Origin: Syntrophomonadaceae bacterium
GTDB taxonomy: Bacteria > Bacillota > Dethiobacteria > DTU022
Direction of reading: 5' to 3'
Assembly (NCBI GenBank): GCA_003553895.1
Contig: PWFM01000207.1
Location: forward strand, 1-39,210
DNA: 39,210 nucleotides
Positions 14,783 to 22,883 of this stretch are shown piece by piece. The position numbers and the translations under genes are program-made. Position 1 is the stretch's first letter, and each line of letters begins with the position of its first letter. Below the pieces are notes generated by a model. That model was not told the origin of the DNA, did not search any database, and saw only the letters and a list, made by a program, of their open reading frames with translations.

Positions 14783-16411
14783 TTAACCGAGAGTTGCCGT
14801 TAGATCTTCCTCGGCGGTGCTGATGGGCATAATATTAAATTTATCCACAAGGACATCAAGCACGTTCGGGGAAATAAAAGCAGGCATAGTCGGTCCGAGG
14901 CGGATATCTTTCAAGCCGAGATAGAGCAGGGTAAGCAGGATAGCTACTGCTTTCTGTTCATACCAGGAGATAATCAGTGAAAGCGGCAGATCGTTTAAGT
15001 CAAGATCGAAAGCTTCCGACAGGGCAGAAGCTACCTTGATCGCTGAATAAGCATCATTACACTGCCCCATGTCAAGTAATCTCGGGATGCCACCGATATC
15101 ACCCAGGTCCTGGTCGTAGAAGCGGTACTTACCGCAGGCCAGGGTCAGCACCAGGCTATCAGGCGGTGTTTTTTCCACGAACTCGGTATAATAGTTGCGC
15201 CCCGGCTTGGCCCCATCACAGCCGGCCACAAGGTATATATGCCTGAGATCACCGCCCTTTACCGCCTCAACTACCTTGTCGGCAACCTCCAACACGGCGT
15301 TGTGCGCAAATCCAACTTTAACGCTTCCTTTGTCCTCATCCGCAGTGAACCCGGGCATAGAAAGAGCCTTTTCAATTACCTCACTGTAATCATCACCAAC
15401 CAGATGTGTCGCACCCGGCCAGCCAACCATTTCCCGGGTATAGATATTTGCAAAATATGGTTCTTTAGGCTCCCTGAGGCAGTTGGTGGTCATCACAATA
15501 GGGCCGGGAAAATCAACAAATTCCTTCTGCTGGTTTTGCCAGGCGGTACCGAAATTACCGTAAAGGTGATCGTATTTATTTAATTCCGGATAGCCGTGGG
15601 CCGGAAGCATTTCACCGTGAGTATAAACGTTAATATCTTTACCTTTAGTCTGCTCCATGATCTTTTTCAAGTCATAAAGATCATGGCCGGAAACTAAAAT
15701 ACACTTCCCCTTCTTATAACCCAGGGGAACTTCGGTGGGAACCGGATTTCCAAAGGCTCCGGTGTTAGCAGTATCGAGCAGTTCCATGGCCTTCAGGTTA
15801 ACCTCTCCGCACTTTAAAACAAGTCCTAGCCAATCTTCCATAGAAAGATCCAGGTTATTCAGCGAAGCAAGGCCTTCGTGGATATAAGCATAAATACTGT
15901 CATCTTCCTGGCCGAGGATACCGGCATGATGGGCGTAGGCCGAGATGCCTTTTATACCAAAGTACATGGCCTGCTGCAGGGAAACATTATCCCCGGGGAC
16001 TTCCTTATTCCAGGGCTGCCCGATCGCTTCTCCCTGTTTAATCATTCCTTCCTTGTCAGGCGCAGGCTGAAAAGTGACAGGAGGTACAGAAGAATCAACT
16101 TTACCTCCTGCCGCCTCAACCTTTTCTTTTAGATCCTCCCTCAAACTAACCGCTTCGCGTATAAATTCCACAAATCTATCCGGATCAAAATTAACATTGG
16201 TCAGGGTAGAAAACAGGGCTTCTGCGGTAAAACGGTTTACCTTTTCATCAACTACCCCAACCCTGCGACCTTCATGGGCAAACAGGGCAATCCCCTTGAC
16301 CACGTGACCCAATAAATCTTGCAGGGTCGCAACCTCGTGGGATTTTCCACAAACACCTTTGACAGTACAACCTTGCCCTTTAGCAGTTTGCTCACACTGG
16401 TTACAAAACAT
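14783..16411 (-). CDS. hcp: Hybrid-cluster protein (hydroxylamine reductase / prismane protein)
   Basis: 542 aa with the N-terminal Cys motif MFCNQCEQTAKGQGCTVKGVCGK and the length typical of Hcp. GGAGGG lies 5 nt before the ATG. Confidence 0.9.
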   Translation of the reverse strand: MFCNQCEQTAKGQGCTVKGVCGKSHEVATLQDLLGHVVKGIALFAHEGRRVGVVDEKVNRFTAEALFSTLTNVNFDPDRFVEFIREAVSLREDLKEKVEAAGGKVDSSVPPVTFQPAPDKEGMIKQGEAIGQPWNKEVPGDNVSLQQAMYFGIKGISAYAHHAGILGQEDDSIYAYIHEGLASLNNLDLSMEDWLGLVLKCGEVNLKAMELLDTANTGAFGNPVPTEVPLGYKKGKCILVSGHDLYDLKKIMEQTKGKDINVYTHGEMLPAHGYPELNKYDHLYGNFGTAWQNQQKEFVDFPGPIVMTTNCLREPKEPYFANIYTREMVGWPGATHLVGDDYSEVIEKALSMPGFTADEDKGSVKVGFAHNAVLEVADKVVEAVKGGDLRHIYLVAGCDGAKPGRNYYTEFVEKTPPDSLVLTLACGKYRFYDQDLGDIGGIPRLLDMGQCNDAYSAIKVASALSEAFDLDLNDLPLSLIISWYEQKAVAILLTLLYLGLKDIRLGPTMPAFISPNVLDVLVDKFNIMPISTAEEDLTATLG

Positions 16412-16435
16412 TTTATCCCTCCTAAAATCATTGTA

Positions 16436-16858
16436 TTACCCAAAAATGTTGTCGTTATCTTCCCTTACCAGGTCGGCAAATGTTTCCCTGTCCAGTTCGG
16501 ATAACAGGGCGTCCTGGGCCCTCTGCAGGATCACGTGCACCTGGCAGGACGACCGATTCTTACAATAGCTATTGTCAGCCAGGCACGGATTAATAGCCAC
16601 TTCGCCTTCGATAGCGCCGACGACGTCGGCAATGGTAAACAACTCCGGCTTTACAGCAAGCCTGATCCCTCCCTGCATGCCTCTCCTGGTTTCCACAAAC
16701 CCGGTCCGAGTAAGCATCTGAACAGTTTTACTTAAAAACGTCTCCGGTAATTCTTGCTTGACCGAAACAGCCCTGCTCTGGATAAATTCCCCCTTCGGCA
16801 ATTTAGCCAGTTCCAGTAAAGCCCTTATTGCATATTCACTCTGCCGTGTAATCTGCAT
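16436..16858 (-). CDS. Rrf2 family regulator (NsrR/IscR-like, Fe-S cluster type)
   Basis: 140 aa. It has the N-terminal MQITRQSEYAIRALLELAK wHTH and a three-Cys cluster CLADNSYCKNRSSC. It sits 24 nt upstream of hcp on the same strand. Confidence 0.85.
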   Translation of the reverse strand: MQITRQSEYAIRALLELAKLPKGEFIQSRAVSVKQELPETFLSKTVQMLTRTGFVETRRGMQGGIRLAVKPELFTIADVVGAIEGEVAINPCLADNSYCKNRSSCQVHVILQRAQDALLSELDRETFADLVREDNDNIFG

Positions 16859-17020
16859 TATCCTGCCTCAGCCTCTCCAGCGTATTTTTAATTGGTCGGA
16901 TTTCAGAACAATGGCATAAAAGAACCGGCCCTGGAACACTATAAACAAGATATATTTTACCTTATTACTATTGTTTCTGTACAAAAAAAACAAATCCTGC
17001 CCGCAGATCAAATTTTTTTG

Positions 17021-17149
17021 TTTTTCTATACCAACCCTGACCATAATCCCCAGGTCCATATAGTACTTTGCAGAACACATTTCAGTAACCAGGTCGGCCC
17101 GCCCGCCAATCTCCGGCGGCACTTTGCGGCCGGTTAAAACCACGTCCAT
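17021..17149 (-). pseudogene. C-terminal fragment of a cob(I)alamin adenosyltransferase (CobO/BtuR-like)
   Basis: The first 43 codons of track ORF 16868..17149 read DVVLTGRKVPPEIGGRADLVTEMCSAKYYMDLGIMVRVGIEK. This matches the conserved CobO C-terminus (..LTGR.AP.EL...ADLVTEM...KH....G...R.GIE). No N-terminal P-loop part is present, and the remainder of the ORF is low-complexity read-through. Confidence 0.55.
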
Positions 17150-17267
17150 GAAGGCTTTTTTGGGGGTTCATCCAGTTACACATCCTGTATCATGCCGGCA
17201 AGGGACCGGTTTACGGCGTTTACATGATCGAAGTGTTAAAACGGCACGTCTATCACGTCAGCGCCGG
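17150..17267 (+). pseudogene. N-terminal fragment of a PadR-family gene (paralogous to 5109..5420)
   Basis: By hand alignment, about 105 nt (17162-17267) are about 81% identical to 5142-5246. It encodes ..FIQLHILYHAGKGPVYGVYMIEVLKRHVYHVSAG versus ..FIQVHILYHASKEPVYGVYMIEELKRHGYEVSAG. An extra G in the upstream G-run breaks the frame, and similarity ends abruptly after AGCGCCGG. Confidence 0.65.
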
Positions 17268-17520
17268 CCATGACGGAGCCCAGGGCCACCTCGTTTACAT
17301 CCCCGAGAACGGATTCACCCCCCCCGCAGGGGCCATGCGCGAACCCAAGCTTATGATCATAGCTTCCAATACCGCATTGATGCCCGGTTATGGCGGAAAG
17401 CAAACCAATCCCTGCAGGCGGAACTAGAACAAATATCTCCCTTTTGCAGTAAAATGGCGTAAATCAACCCGAAACCAATTTTCAGCAGGTAATTATCCAC
17501 TATCCCACTACCACACCATC
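17268..17520 (-). pseudogene. N-terminal fragment of a second YeeE/YedE-family gene
   Basis: Minus-strand translation gives GIVDNYLLKIGFGLIYAILLQKGDICSSSACRDWFAFRHNR. It is about 63% identical (26/41, hand count) to residues 6-46 of the intact YeeE at 10083..11246. There is an in-frame TGA just upstream, no start codon, and stops/frameshifts after HNR. Confidence 0.6.
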
Positions 17521-17648
17521 CTCATCTCCGGGCTAATATATAATTATTGCTATAGTGTTTATAAAATATAGGGTAAAAAAATAATCCGTCAAAGCCCCGC
17601 GGCACAAAATTTGCCTTAAAGAAACAAAAAAGATCTGTTTGCTGCGTG

Positions 17649-17678
17649 TTGACTATCCTATAATGCCTATGGTATAAC
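17649..17678 (+). promoter_or_regulatory. Candidate promoter of the Fe(III)-type ABC operon
   Basis: TTGACT (17649-17654), 18-nt spacer, TATAAC (17673-17678). It leaves a leader of about 200 nt before the ATG at 17888. A weak Fur-box-like stretch (TATAACTATCATTAGC) overlaps the -10; by hand it matches about 9 of 13 positions. Confidence 0.4.
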
Positions 17679-17887
17679 TATCATTAGCAGGGGTTAAATC
17701 AACCCGTAGAAATGGAAGGCAAAGAAAAATGTTTAACGGCCCTGGAACAGCAAAAGTCCCACCAACTGTGTTCAGTTGGAAGTTGTTTCCGGCAGAACGG
17801 AGGAGATTATTTTTACCCTAATTGTTAGGGCTACCTAAATTTTATACTACCGGGACGCCGTTCCTGGAACAGGAGGTTGATTCTCAA

Positions 17888-18937
17888 ATGATAAATTCTA
17901 AATGGTTAAAATACAGCTTGTTTACAGCGGTTGCCTTCATAATGGCCGCCCTGCCTTTCACGCTTGTCGGCTGCGCGCCGGGCGGTGGGAGCGAGGGTGA
18001 GCTCGTCGTTTACAACGCCCGCAGCGAAACCTTCGTGAAACCGCTCCTGGAACAATTCGAATCAGAAATGGGGATCCGGGTCAGGGTCCTTTCCGGCAGG
18101 GAAGAGCTGGTCAACCAGATCGAAGAAGAAAGGAACAATGTCCGGGCCGATATATTCATTTCCAACGACGCCGGGGCCATGGAGTACCTGCGCCGCCAGG
18201 ACCTGCTGGCGCCAAATGATGCCCCGGCCCTGGGAAAAATCGATCAGCGATTCCGCGCCGCCGACGGTTCCTGGGTGGGCTTATCTGCCCGGGCCCGGGT
18301 CCTGATCTATAACAAGAACCTGATCAGCGAGGAGGAAATGCCTGAGTCTCTCAGGGAGCTGGCCGATCCCGAGTGGGCCGGCCGCTTTATGATCACCAGG
18401 GGCGGCAACATCTCCATGGTTACCCATGTAGCCGCCCTGCGGAAAGCCTGGGGAGACGAAGAAACCCGCACCTGGCTCTCGGGTTTAAGTGAAAATGCCG
18501 GCGCCATCACCGGCGGCCACACCGACATCCGCCGGGCCGTGGGAGCAGGCGAATACCTCATTGGCCTGGTCAACAACTATTATTACCACCTCCAGCTCGA
18601 AGAGGACCGGGATAACAATGTCGGGGCTGTTTACCCTGACCAGGGCGAAGGAGAAATCGGGACTTTTGTCAATGTCGCCGGGGTAGCCCTGATCAATGAC
18701 GGGCCCAATAAAGAAACCGCCCGGGCTTTCATCGACTGGATCCTGGAAGATGAACAGCAGCACGAGTTTTCCTACCACAGCAAGGAAACCCCTCTTAACC
18801 CGGATATCCCGGCGCCGGAAGGGGCAAAACCAATCGACCGGTACAGGGCTATGGATATTAACCTGGCCAACCTGGGTCCGCACTGGCCGGACGCCAAAGA
18901 ACTGATCCAGGAATCGGGGCTCGACCTCGGCATTTAA
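17888..18937 (+). CDS. Fe(III)-type ABC transporter substrate-binding lipoprotein (FbpA/AfuA/IdiA-like)
   Basis: Track ORF 17822..18937. The ATG at 17888 lies 11 nt after AGGAGG. The signal peptide has a lipobox (..LPFTLVGC). The mature part (ELVVYNARSETFVKPLLEQFE..DIFISNDAG..WVGLSARARVLIYN..) resembles family-1 iron-binding SBPs. Confidence 0.75.
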   Translation: MINSKWLKYSLFTAVAFIMAALPFTLVGCAPGGGSEGELVVYNARSETFVKPLLEQFESEMGIRVRVLSGREELVNQIEEERNNVRADIFISNDAGAMEYLRRQDLLAPNDAPALGKIDQRFRAADGSWVGLSARARVLIYNKNLISEEEMPESLRELADPEWAGRFMITRGGNISMVTHVAALRKAWGDEETRTWLSGLSENAGAITGGHTDIRRAVGAGEYLIGLVNNYYYHLQLEEDRDNNVGAVYPDQGEGEIGTFVNVAGVALINDGPNKETARAFIDWILEDEQQHEFSYHSKETPLNPDIPAPEGAKPIDRYRAMDINLANLGPHWPDAKELIQESGLDLGI

Positions 18938-18962
18938 ATACAAAATAGGAGATGGAGCGGTT

Positions 18963-20600
18963 ATGGCTGAAAAACAAACACTTTGCCAGGATAAGAGCAG
19001 GCCGGCGCTGTCCCTGCAGGAGATCCTGCAGAAGCCTTCCCGCTTCCGGCTTTATATCTGGCGCGGAAATCCCCCGGGTTTTGTCCCCGAAGCTCTGGCC
19101 CTCTTTACAGCCCTGGTCATGTTTATCCCTATCCTTTATGTCATGGTCCGGGGTTTCCAGGGCGGCTGGGAAAGATGGCTTTCCCTGCTCGACACCCGCA
19201 TCCCCCAGCTGCTCTGGAACACCCTCAGCCTGACTGCGGCCGTCTCCCTTGGCGCCCTTTTGATCGGGGTGGTAGCAGCCTGGCTGGTAACGCGCACCGA
19301 TTTGCCCTACCGCAGGACCTGGGCCTGGCTGCTGGCCTTGCCGCTGGTAATCCCGCCTTACGTCGGGGCCATCTCCTACATAATCATATTCGGGCCGCAG
19401 GGCCTGCTCAGAAATATCCTGGGGCATTCTCCCGTCGATATTTACTCCTTCGGCGGGGTGGCCCTGGTTCTGACCCTGTTCACCTACCCTTATGTCTATT
19501 TGATCACTTCGGCGGCCCTGAAAAGGTTCAACCTCAATTACGAGGAAGCAGGCCGGATCGCGGGGCTGAGCTACCCGCAGGTCTTCTTGAAAATCATCCT
19601 GCCCCTTTTACGCCCGGCCATGGGGGCGGGGTTTCTGCTGGTCGCCCTCTATACTCTTGCCGATTTCGGGCTGGTGAGCATGCTCCGCTACACCACCTTT
19701 ACTACGGCTATTTACTTCCAAACGGGCAGTTTTGACCGCCATTCGGCGGCGGTTTTAAGCATGGTCTTGATCATGATCACCCTGGTAATCCTAGGCCTGG
19801 AGTACCGCACCCGCAGCAGGCAGAAGTATTTCCAAACTGCCGGGTCTTACCGGGAACCAGATCCCCTGCAGCTGGGGCGGTGGCGGCCGGCCGCTTTGGC
19901 CGGCCTGGGCATAATTGCCGCCGCAGCCCTGGGCCTGCCGCTTTCCGTCCTGGTTTACTGGTCCTATTACGGCATTGCCCGCGGCGCCCTGGACAGCCGT
20001 TTCCTTGAATATTCCTACCACAGCCTTTTAACTGCCGGCGCGGCAGCAGCGGCCTGTGCGGTTTTAGCCCTGCCCCTGGTCTACCTTAAATCCAGGCACC
20101 CGTCGGTGCTGAGCAGTTTCTATGAAAAGCTGGCCCTGGCCGGCTACGCCCTGCCGGGAGTGATCATCGCCCTGGGCATGGTCTTTATCTTTAACAACTA
20201 CATCCCGGCCCTTTACGGCACCGCAGTAGTCCTGGTTTTAGCTTATATCATCCGCTTCCTGCCCCAGGCCATGCAGGCGGAAAGCTCGTCACTGAACCAG
20301 GTTTCGCCCCGGCTGGACGAAGCCGGGCGCAGCCTGGGCTATTCGCCCTGGCAGGTTGTCACCCGCCTGATCCTGCCATTGATCCGGCCCGGTGTCCTGG
20401 CCGGGATGGCCCTGGTTTTCGTCAATGCGGTCAAAGAGCTGCCGGCCACCCTGCTGCTGCGGCCGCCGGGCATGGACACCCTGGCCGTGCGGATCTGGAT
20501 CGAGGCATCTGAAGGATTTTACGAAATGGCCGCGCCGGCCTCGCTATTGATTATCATCGTTTCGGCTCTGCCCCTGAAGTGGCTGATCAGCCGTTTTTAA
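18963..20600 (+). CDS. ABC transporter permease with duplicated MetI-like domains (FbpB-like)
   Basis: 545 aa with about 12 TM helices and two EAA-like loops (..NYEEAGRIAGLSYPQVFLKIILP.. and ..RLDEAGRSLGYSPWQVVTRLILP..). AGGAGATGGAG precedes the ATG. Confidence 0.85.
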   Translation: MAEKQTLCQDKSRPALSLQEILQKPSRFRLYIWRGNPPGFVPEALALFTALVMFIPILYVMVRGFQGGWERWLSLLDTRIPQLLWNTLSLTAAVSLGALLIGVVAAWLVTRTDLPYRRTWAWLLALPLVIPPYVGAISYIIIFGPQGLLRNILGHSPVDIYSFGGVALVLTLFTYPYVYLITSAALKRFNLNYEEAGRIAGLSYPQVFLKIILPLLRPAMGAGFLLVALYTLADFGLVSMLRYTTFTTAIYFQTGSFDRHSAAVLSMVLIMITLVILGLEYRTRSRQKYFQTAGSYREPDPLQLGRWRPAALAGLGIIAAAALGLPLSVLVYWSYYGIARGALDSRFLEYSYHSLLTAGAAAAACAVLALPLVYLKSRHPSVLSSFYEKLALAGYALPGVIIALGMVFIFNNYIPALYGTAVVLVLAYIIRFLPQAMQAESSSLNQVSPRLDEAGRSLGYSPWQVVTRLILPLIRPGVLAGMALVFVNAVKELPATLLLRPPGMDTLAVRIWIEASEGFYEMAAPASLLIIIVSALPLKWLISRF

Positions 20601-20641
20601 AGGGGAAAGTTATCTTGGAGAAAAGAGGAAGTGATACCGCC

Positions 20642-21691
20642 ATGATTGCAATAGAACTGATCAAGGTCAAAAAAAAATATCCGGGCTGCAGCGTGCCCGC
20701 GGTGGACAACCTGTCGCTGGCCGTTGAAAAAGGGGAGATAATGACCATCCTCGGACCCAGCGGCTGCGGAAAAACCACCACCCTGCGCCTGATCGCGGGC
20801 TTCGAGCGCCCGGACGGTGGCACCATTGCCCTGGCCGGACGAACCGTTACCGGACCGGGACAGTGGGTCCCGCCGGAAAAAAGAAAGGGGGGCATGGTTT
20901 TCCAGGATTATGCCCTATTCCCTCACCTGAGCGTGGAAGAAAACATCGCCCTGGGCCCACCCGGGGAAAACAGGAAAGAAAAAGCCGACGAGATGGCCGC
21001 CCTGGTCAATCTTGCAGGCCTGGAAAAACGCTATCCCCATGAACTTTCCGGCGGACAGCAGCAGAGGGTAGCCCTGGGCCGGGCCCTGGCCGGCAACCCG
21101 GTCGTGGTCCTGCTCGACGAACCTTTCAGCAACCTCGACACCGATCTGCGCAACCACATGCGCCGGGAAGTGACAAAAATCATCAAGGCCGCCGGAACAA
21201 CTGCGGTCTTTGTTACCCACGACTTAAAAGACGCCCTGGCCGTTTCAGACCGGGTAGCGGTGATCAGGGACGGCCGTTTGGAGCAGGTGGGGACGCCGGT
21301 CGATATTTACCGCCACCCGGAAACAGAATTTGTGGCCGCCTTTGTCGGCAAATCCACCATCCTGGAGGGGGAAATCGGCCCTGATCACTGCTCGGTCAAA
21401 ACAGCCATCGGCATGATCCCCTGTGGCCACACCCACAACCTGCCTGCAGGCCGGCCGGTAAAAGTGTCCATCCGACCGGACAGCTTTGAGCAGGACACGG
21501 AAGGCGATATCAGGGGGATAATCAGGGAAACCACCTACGGGGGAAACGAGATCGAGGCCCTTCTTGAGGCACACACCGGCAACGGCCCCGTCAACCTGCA
21601 GGTCCACATCCATCCGGAAGAAAACGTCCGGGAAGGCACTGAGCTCCGCTTCCATGTCCTGCCCGAATTCGTGGCAGTCATCGACTCATAA
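20642..21691 (+). CDS. ABC transporter ATP-binding protein with C-terminal TOBE-like domain (FbpC/PotA-like)
   Basis: Track ORF 20579..21691. The ATG at 20642 gives the usual MIAIELIKVKKKY N-terminus. Walker A is GPSGCGKTT, the signature is LSGGQQQRVAL, and Walker B is VVLLDEPFSNLD. Confidence 0.85.
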   Translation: MIAIELIKVKKKYPGCSVPAVDNLSLAVEKGEIMTILGPSGCGKTTTLRLIAGFERPDGGTIALAGRTVTGPGQWVPPEKRKGGMVFQDYALFPHLSVEENIALGPPGENRKEKADEMAALVNLAGLEKRYPHELSGGQQQRVALGRALAGNPVVVLLDEPFSNLDTDLRNHMRREVTKIIKAAGTTAVFVTHDLKDALAVSDRVAVIRDGRLEQVGTPVDIYRHPETEFVAAFVGKSTILEGEIGPDHCSVKTAIGMIPCGHTHNLPAGRPVKVSIRPDSFEQDTEGDIRGIIRETTYGGNEIEALLEAHTGNGPVNLQVHIHPEENVREGTELRFHVLPEFVAVIDS

Positions 21692-21783
21692 CTTTGAATC
21701 CTCTGTGGCCATGCGGATAAATTCGTTAATACAGGACTAAATCCTGTCCAGGAACAGTAACCGGTTACCTGCTTGGATCTATG

Positions 21784-21813
21784 TTGATTGCTGCCAGTAA
21801 TTTGCTCTATAAT
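21784..21813 (+). promoter_or_regulatory. Candidate promoter of the RnfD-like gene
   Basis: TTGATT (21784-21789), 18-nt spacer, TATAAT (21808-21813). A perfect 12-bp palindrome GTAACCGGTTAC lies at 21757-21768 just upstream. A hairpin ACAGGA-ctaaa-TCCTGT lies at 21731-21747. Confidence 0.5.
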
Positions 21814-21841
21814 GGTCATATACAAAGGAGGAAAAATCAAT

Positions 21842-22699
21842 ATGAAGATGATGAAAGGAATGCTCATTGCTCTGGCTCCGGTGACGCTCTTTGCCCTATA
21901 TTCTTTCCGCCTTAATGCACTGCTCTTAATTCTGGTCAGCGTGGCCGCAGCTGTAGCTTCGGAAGCACTGTACCAGTACTTAACAAAAAAGCCGATCAAG
22001 ATAAAGGACCTAAGCGCGATAGTGACCGGCCTGCTCTTGGCGCTGACCGTCTCACCTTCCCTGCCCCTTTATGTTGTAGCAGCCGGCGCCGTTTTCGGTA
22101 TTGTAATCGGCAAACAGCTCTTCGGCGGTTACGGTAAAAATATTTTCAACCCGGCTCTTTTTGGCCGACTGTTTATTATTTATGCTTTCCCGGGAACGAT
22201 GGATCCGTGGTTAACACCGGTAAACGGTATAGCCACAGCCACCCCGCTGCAGATCCTGCGCAGTGAAGGAGCGTTGACCCCCTTGCCGGATCTTTTCTTG
22301 GGAACAATACCGGGCAGCCTGGGAGAAACATCGGCACTGCTGCTTTTGATCGGAGCAGCCTGGTTAATCTATAACCGCTATGCCAACTGGCGTATCCCGC
22401 TAAGCTGCCTGGCCGCTGTGATCATCGTTTGCCTGTTAACCGGCCAGAACGTTCTATTTCACCTGTTATCCGGAAGCCTGCTCCTGGGCGCATTTTTCAT
22501 GGCTACCGACCCGATAACTTCACCGAAAACACAGCTAGGACGCTATATTTTCGGCTTTGGGGTGGGTCTGATCATCATGGCCATGCGCCTGTGGGGATGG
22601 CTGCCGGAAGGAACTACATTTGCCATCATTGCTATGAACCTGTTTGTTCCCCTGATCACCCGCTATACCAGACCTAAAAAAAAGCCACAGACAGTTTAA
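21842..22699 (+). CDS. RnfD/NqrB family membrane protein (stand-alone)
   Basis: Track ORF 21788..22699. The ATG at 21842 lies 10 nt after AAGGAGG. The protein is polytopic. The family motif is SGSLLLGAFFMATDPITSP, and a candidate flavinylation region is VNGIATATPLQ. Confidence 0.75.
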   Translation: MKMMKGMLIALAPVTLFALYSFRLNALLLILVSVAAAVASEALYQYLTKKPIKIKDLSAIVTGLLLALTVSPSLPLYVVAAGAVFGIVIGKQLFGGYGKNIFNPALFGRLFIIYAFPGTMDPWLTPVNGIATATPLQILRSEGALTPLPDLFLGTIPGSLGETSALLLLIGAAWLIYNRYANWRIPLSCLAAVIIVCLLTGQNVLFHLLSGSLLLGAFFMATDPITSPKTQLGRYIFGFGVGLIIMAMRLWGWLPEGTTFAIIAMNLFVPLITRYTRPKKKPQTV

Positions 22700-22883
22700 C
22701 CGCAAACAGACGGCAGGCCAATTATTCATTGCCCCTAAAACTGACTTTCCTCAGCAATACCCGGTTTAAATGATATGCTCCCCTTAACGGTAAGCCGGTT
22801 TCAAACAGCTGCTGATAGGGAAGCATCCTTATATCCATAAGCATTAGAGTTTACAGGAGGCTTTAAAAAAAGCTAAGCTTCGA

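Noticed and set aside
16868-17427. Track ORFs 16868..17149 (93 aa) and 17224..17427 (67 aa) considered as intact small genes.
   Set aside because: Only the first 43 residues of the former (CobO-like end) and the first ~15 residues of the latter (PadR-like MIEVLKRHVYHVSAG) resemble real proteins. The remainders are read-through of unrelated or antisense sequence, so they are treated as chimeric pseudogene debris.
17270-17430. Initial reading of the minus strand here as the N-terminal P-loop part of the CobO-like gene.
   Set aside because: Re-translation showed a much better match to the YeeE N-terminus (..GFGLIYAILLQKGDIC...RDWFAFRHNR). No GKGKTT P-loop is present.
17655-17690. Fur box overlapping the -10 of the iron-uptake operon promoter.
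   Set aside because: Only about 9 of 13 positions match the GATAATGATAATCATTATC consensus in my hand alignment, and the 7-1-7 symmetry is poor. It is kept as a remark in the promoter feature rather than as a called site.
16926-17749. Exact 13-mer CGGCCCTGGAACA at 16926-16938 and 17737-17749, flanking the pseudogene patch. These could be target-site or recombination repeats.
   Set aside because: By rough calculation, about ten exact 13-mer coincidences are expected by chance among all position pairs in a 39-kb window. The flanks do not extend the match, and no mobile-element genes are present.
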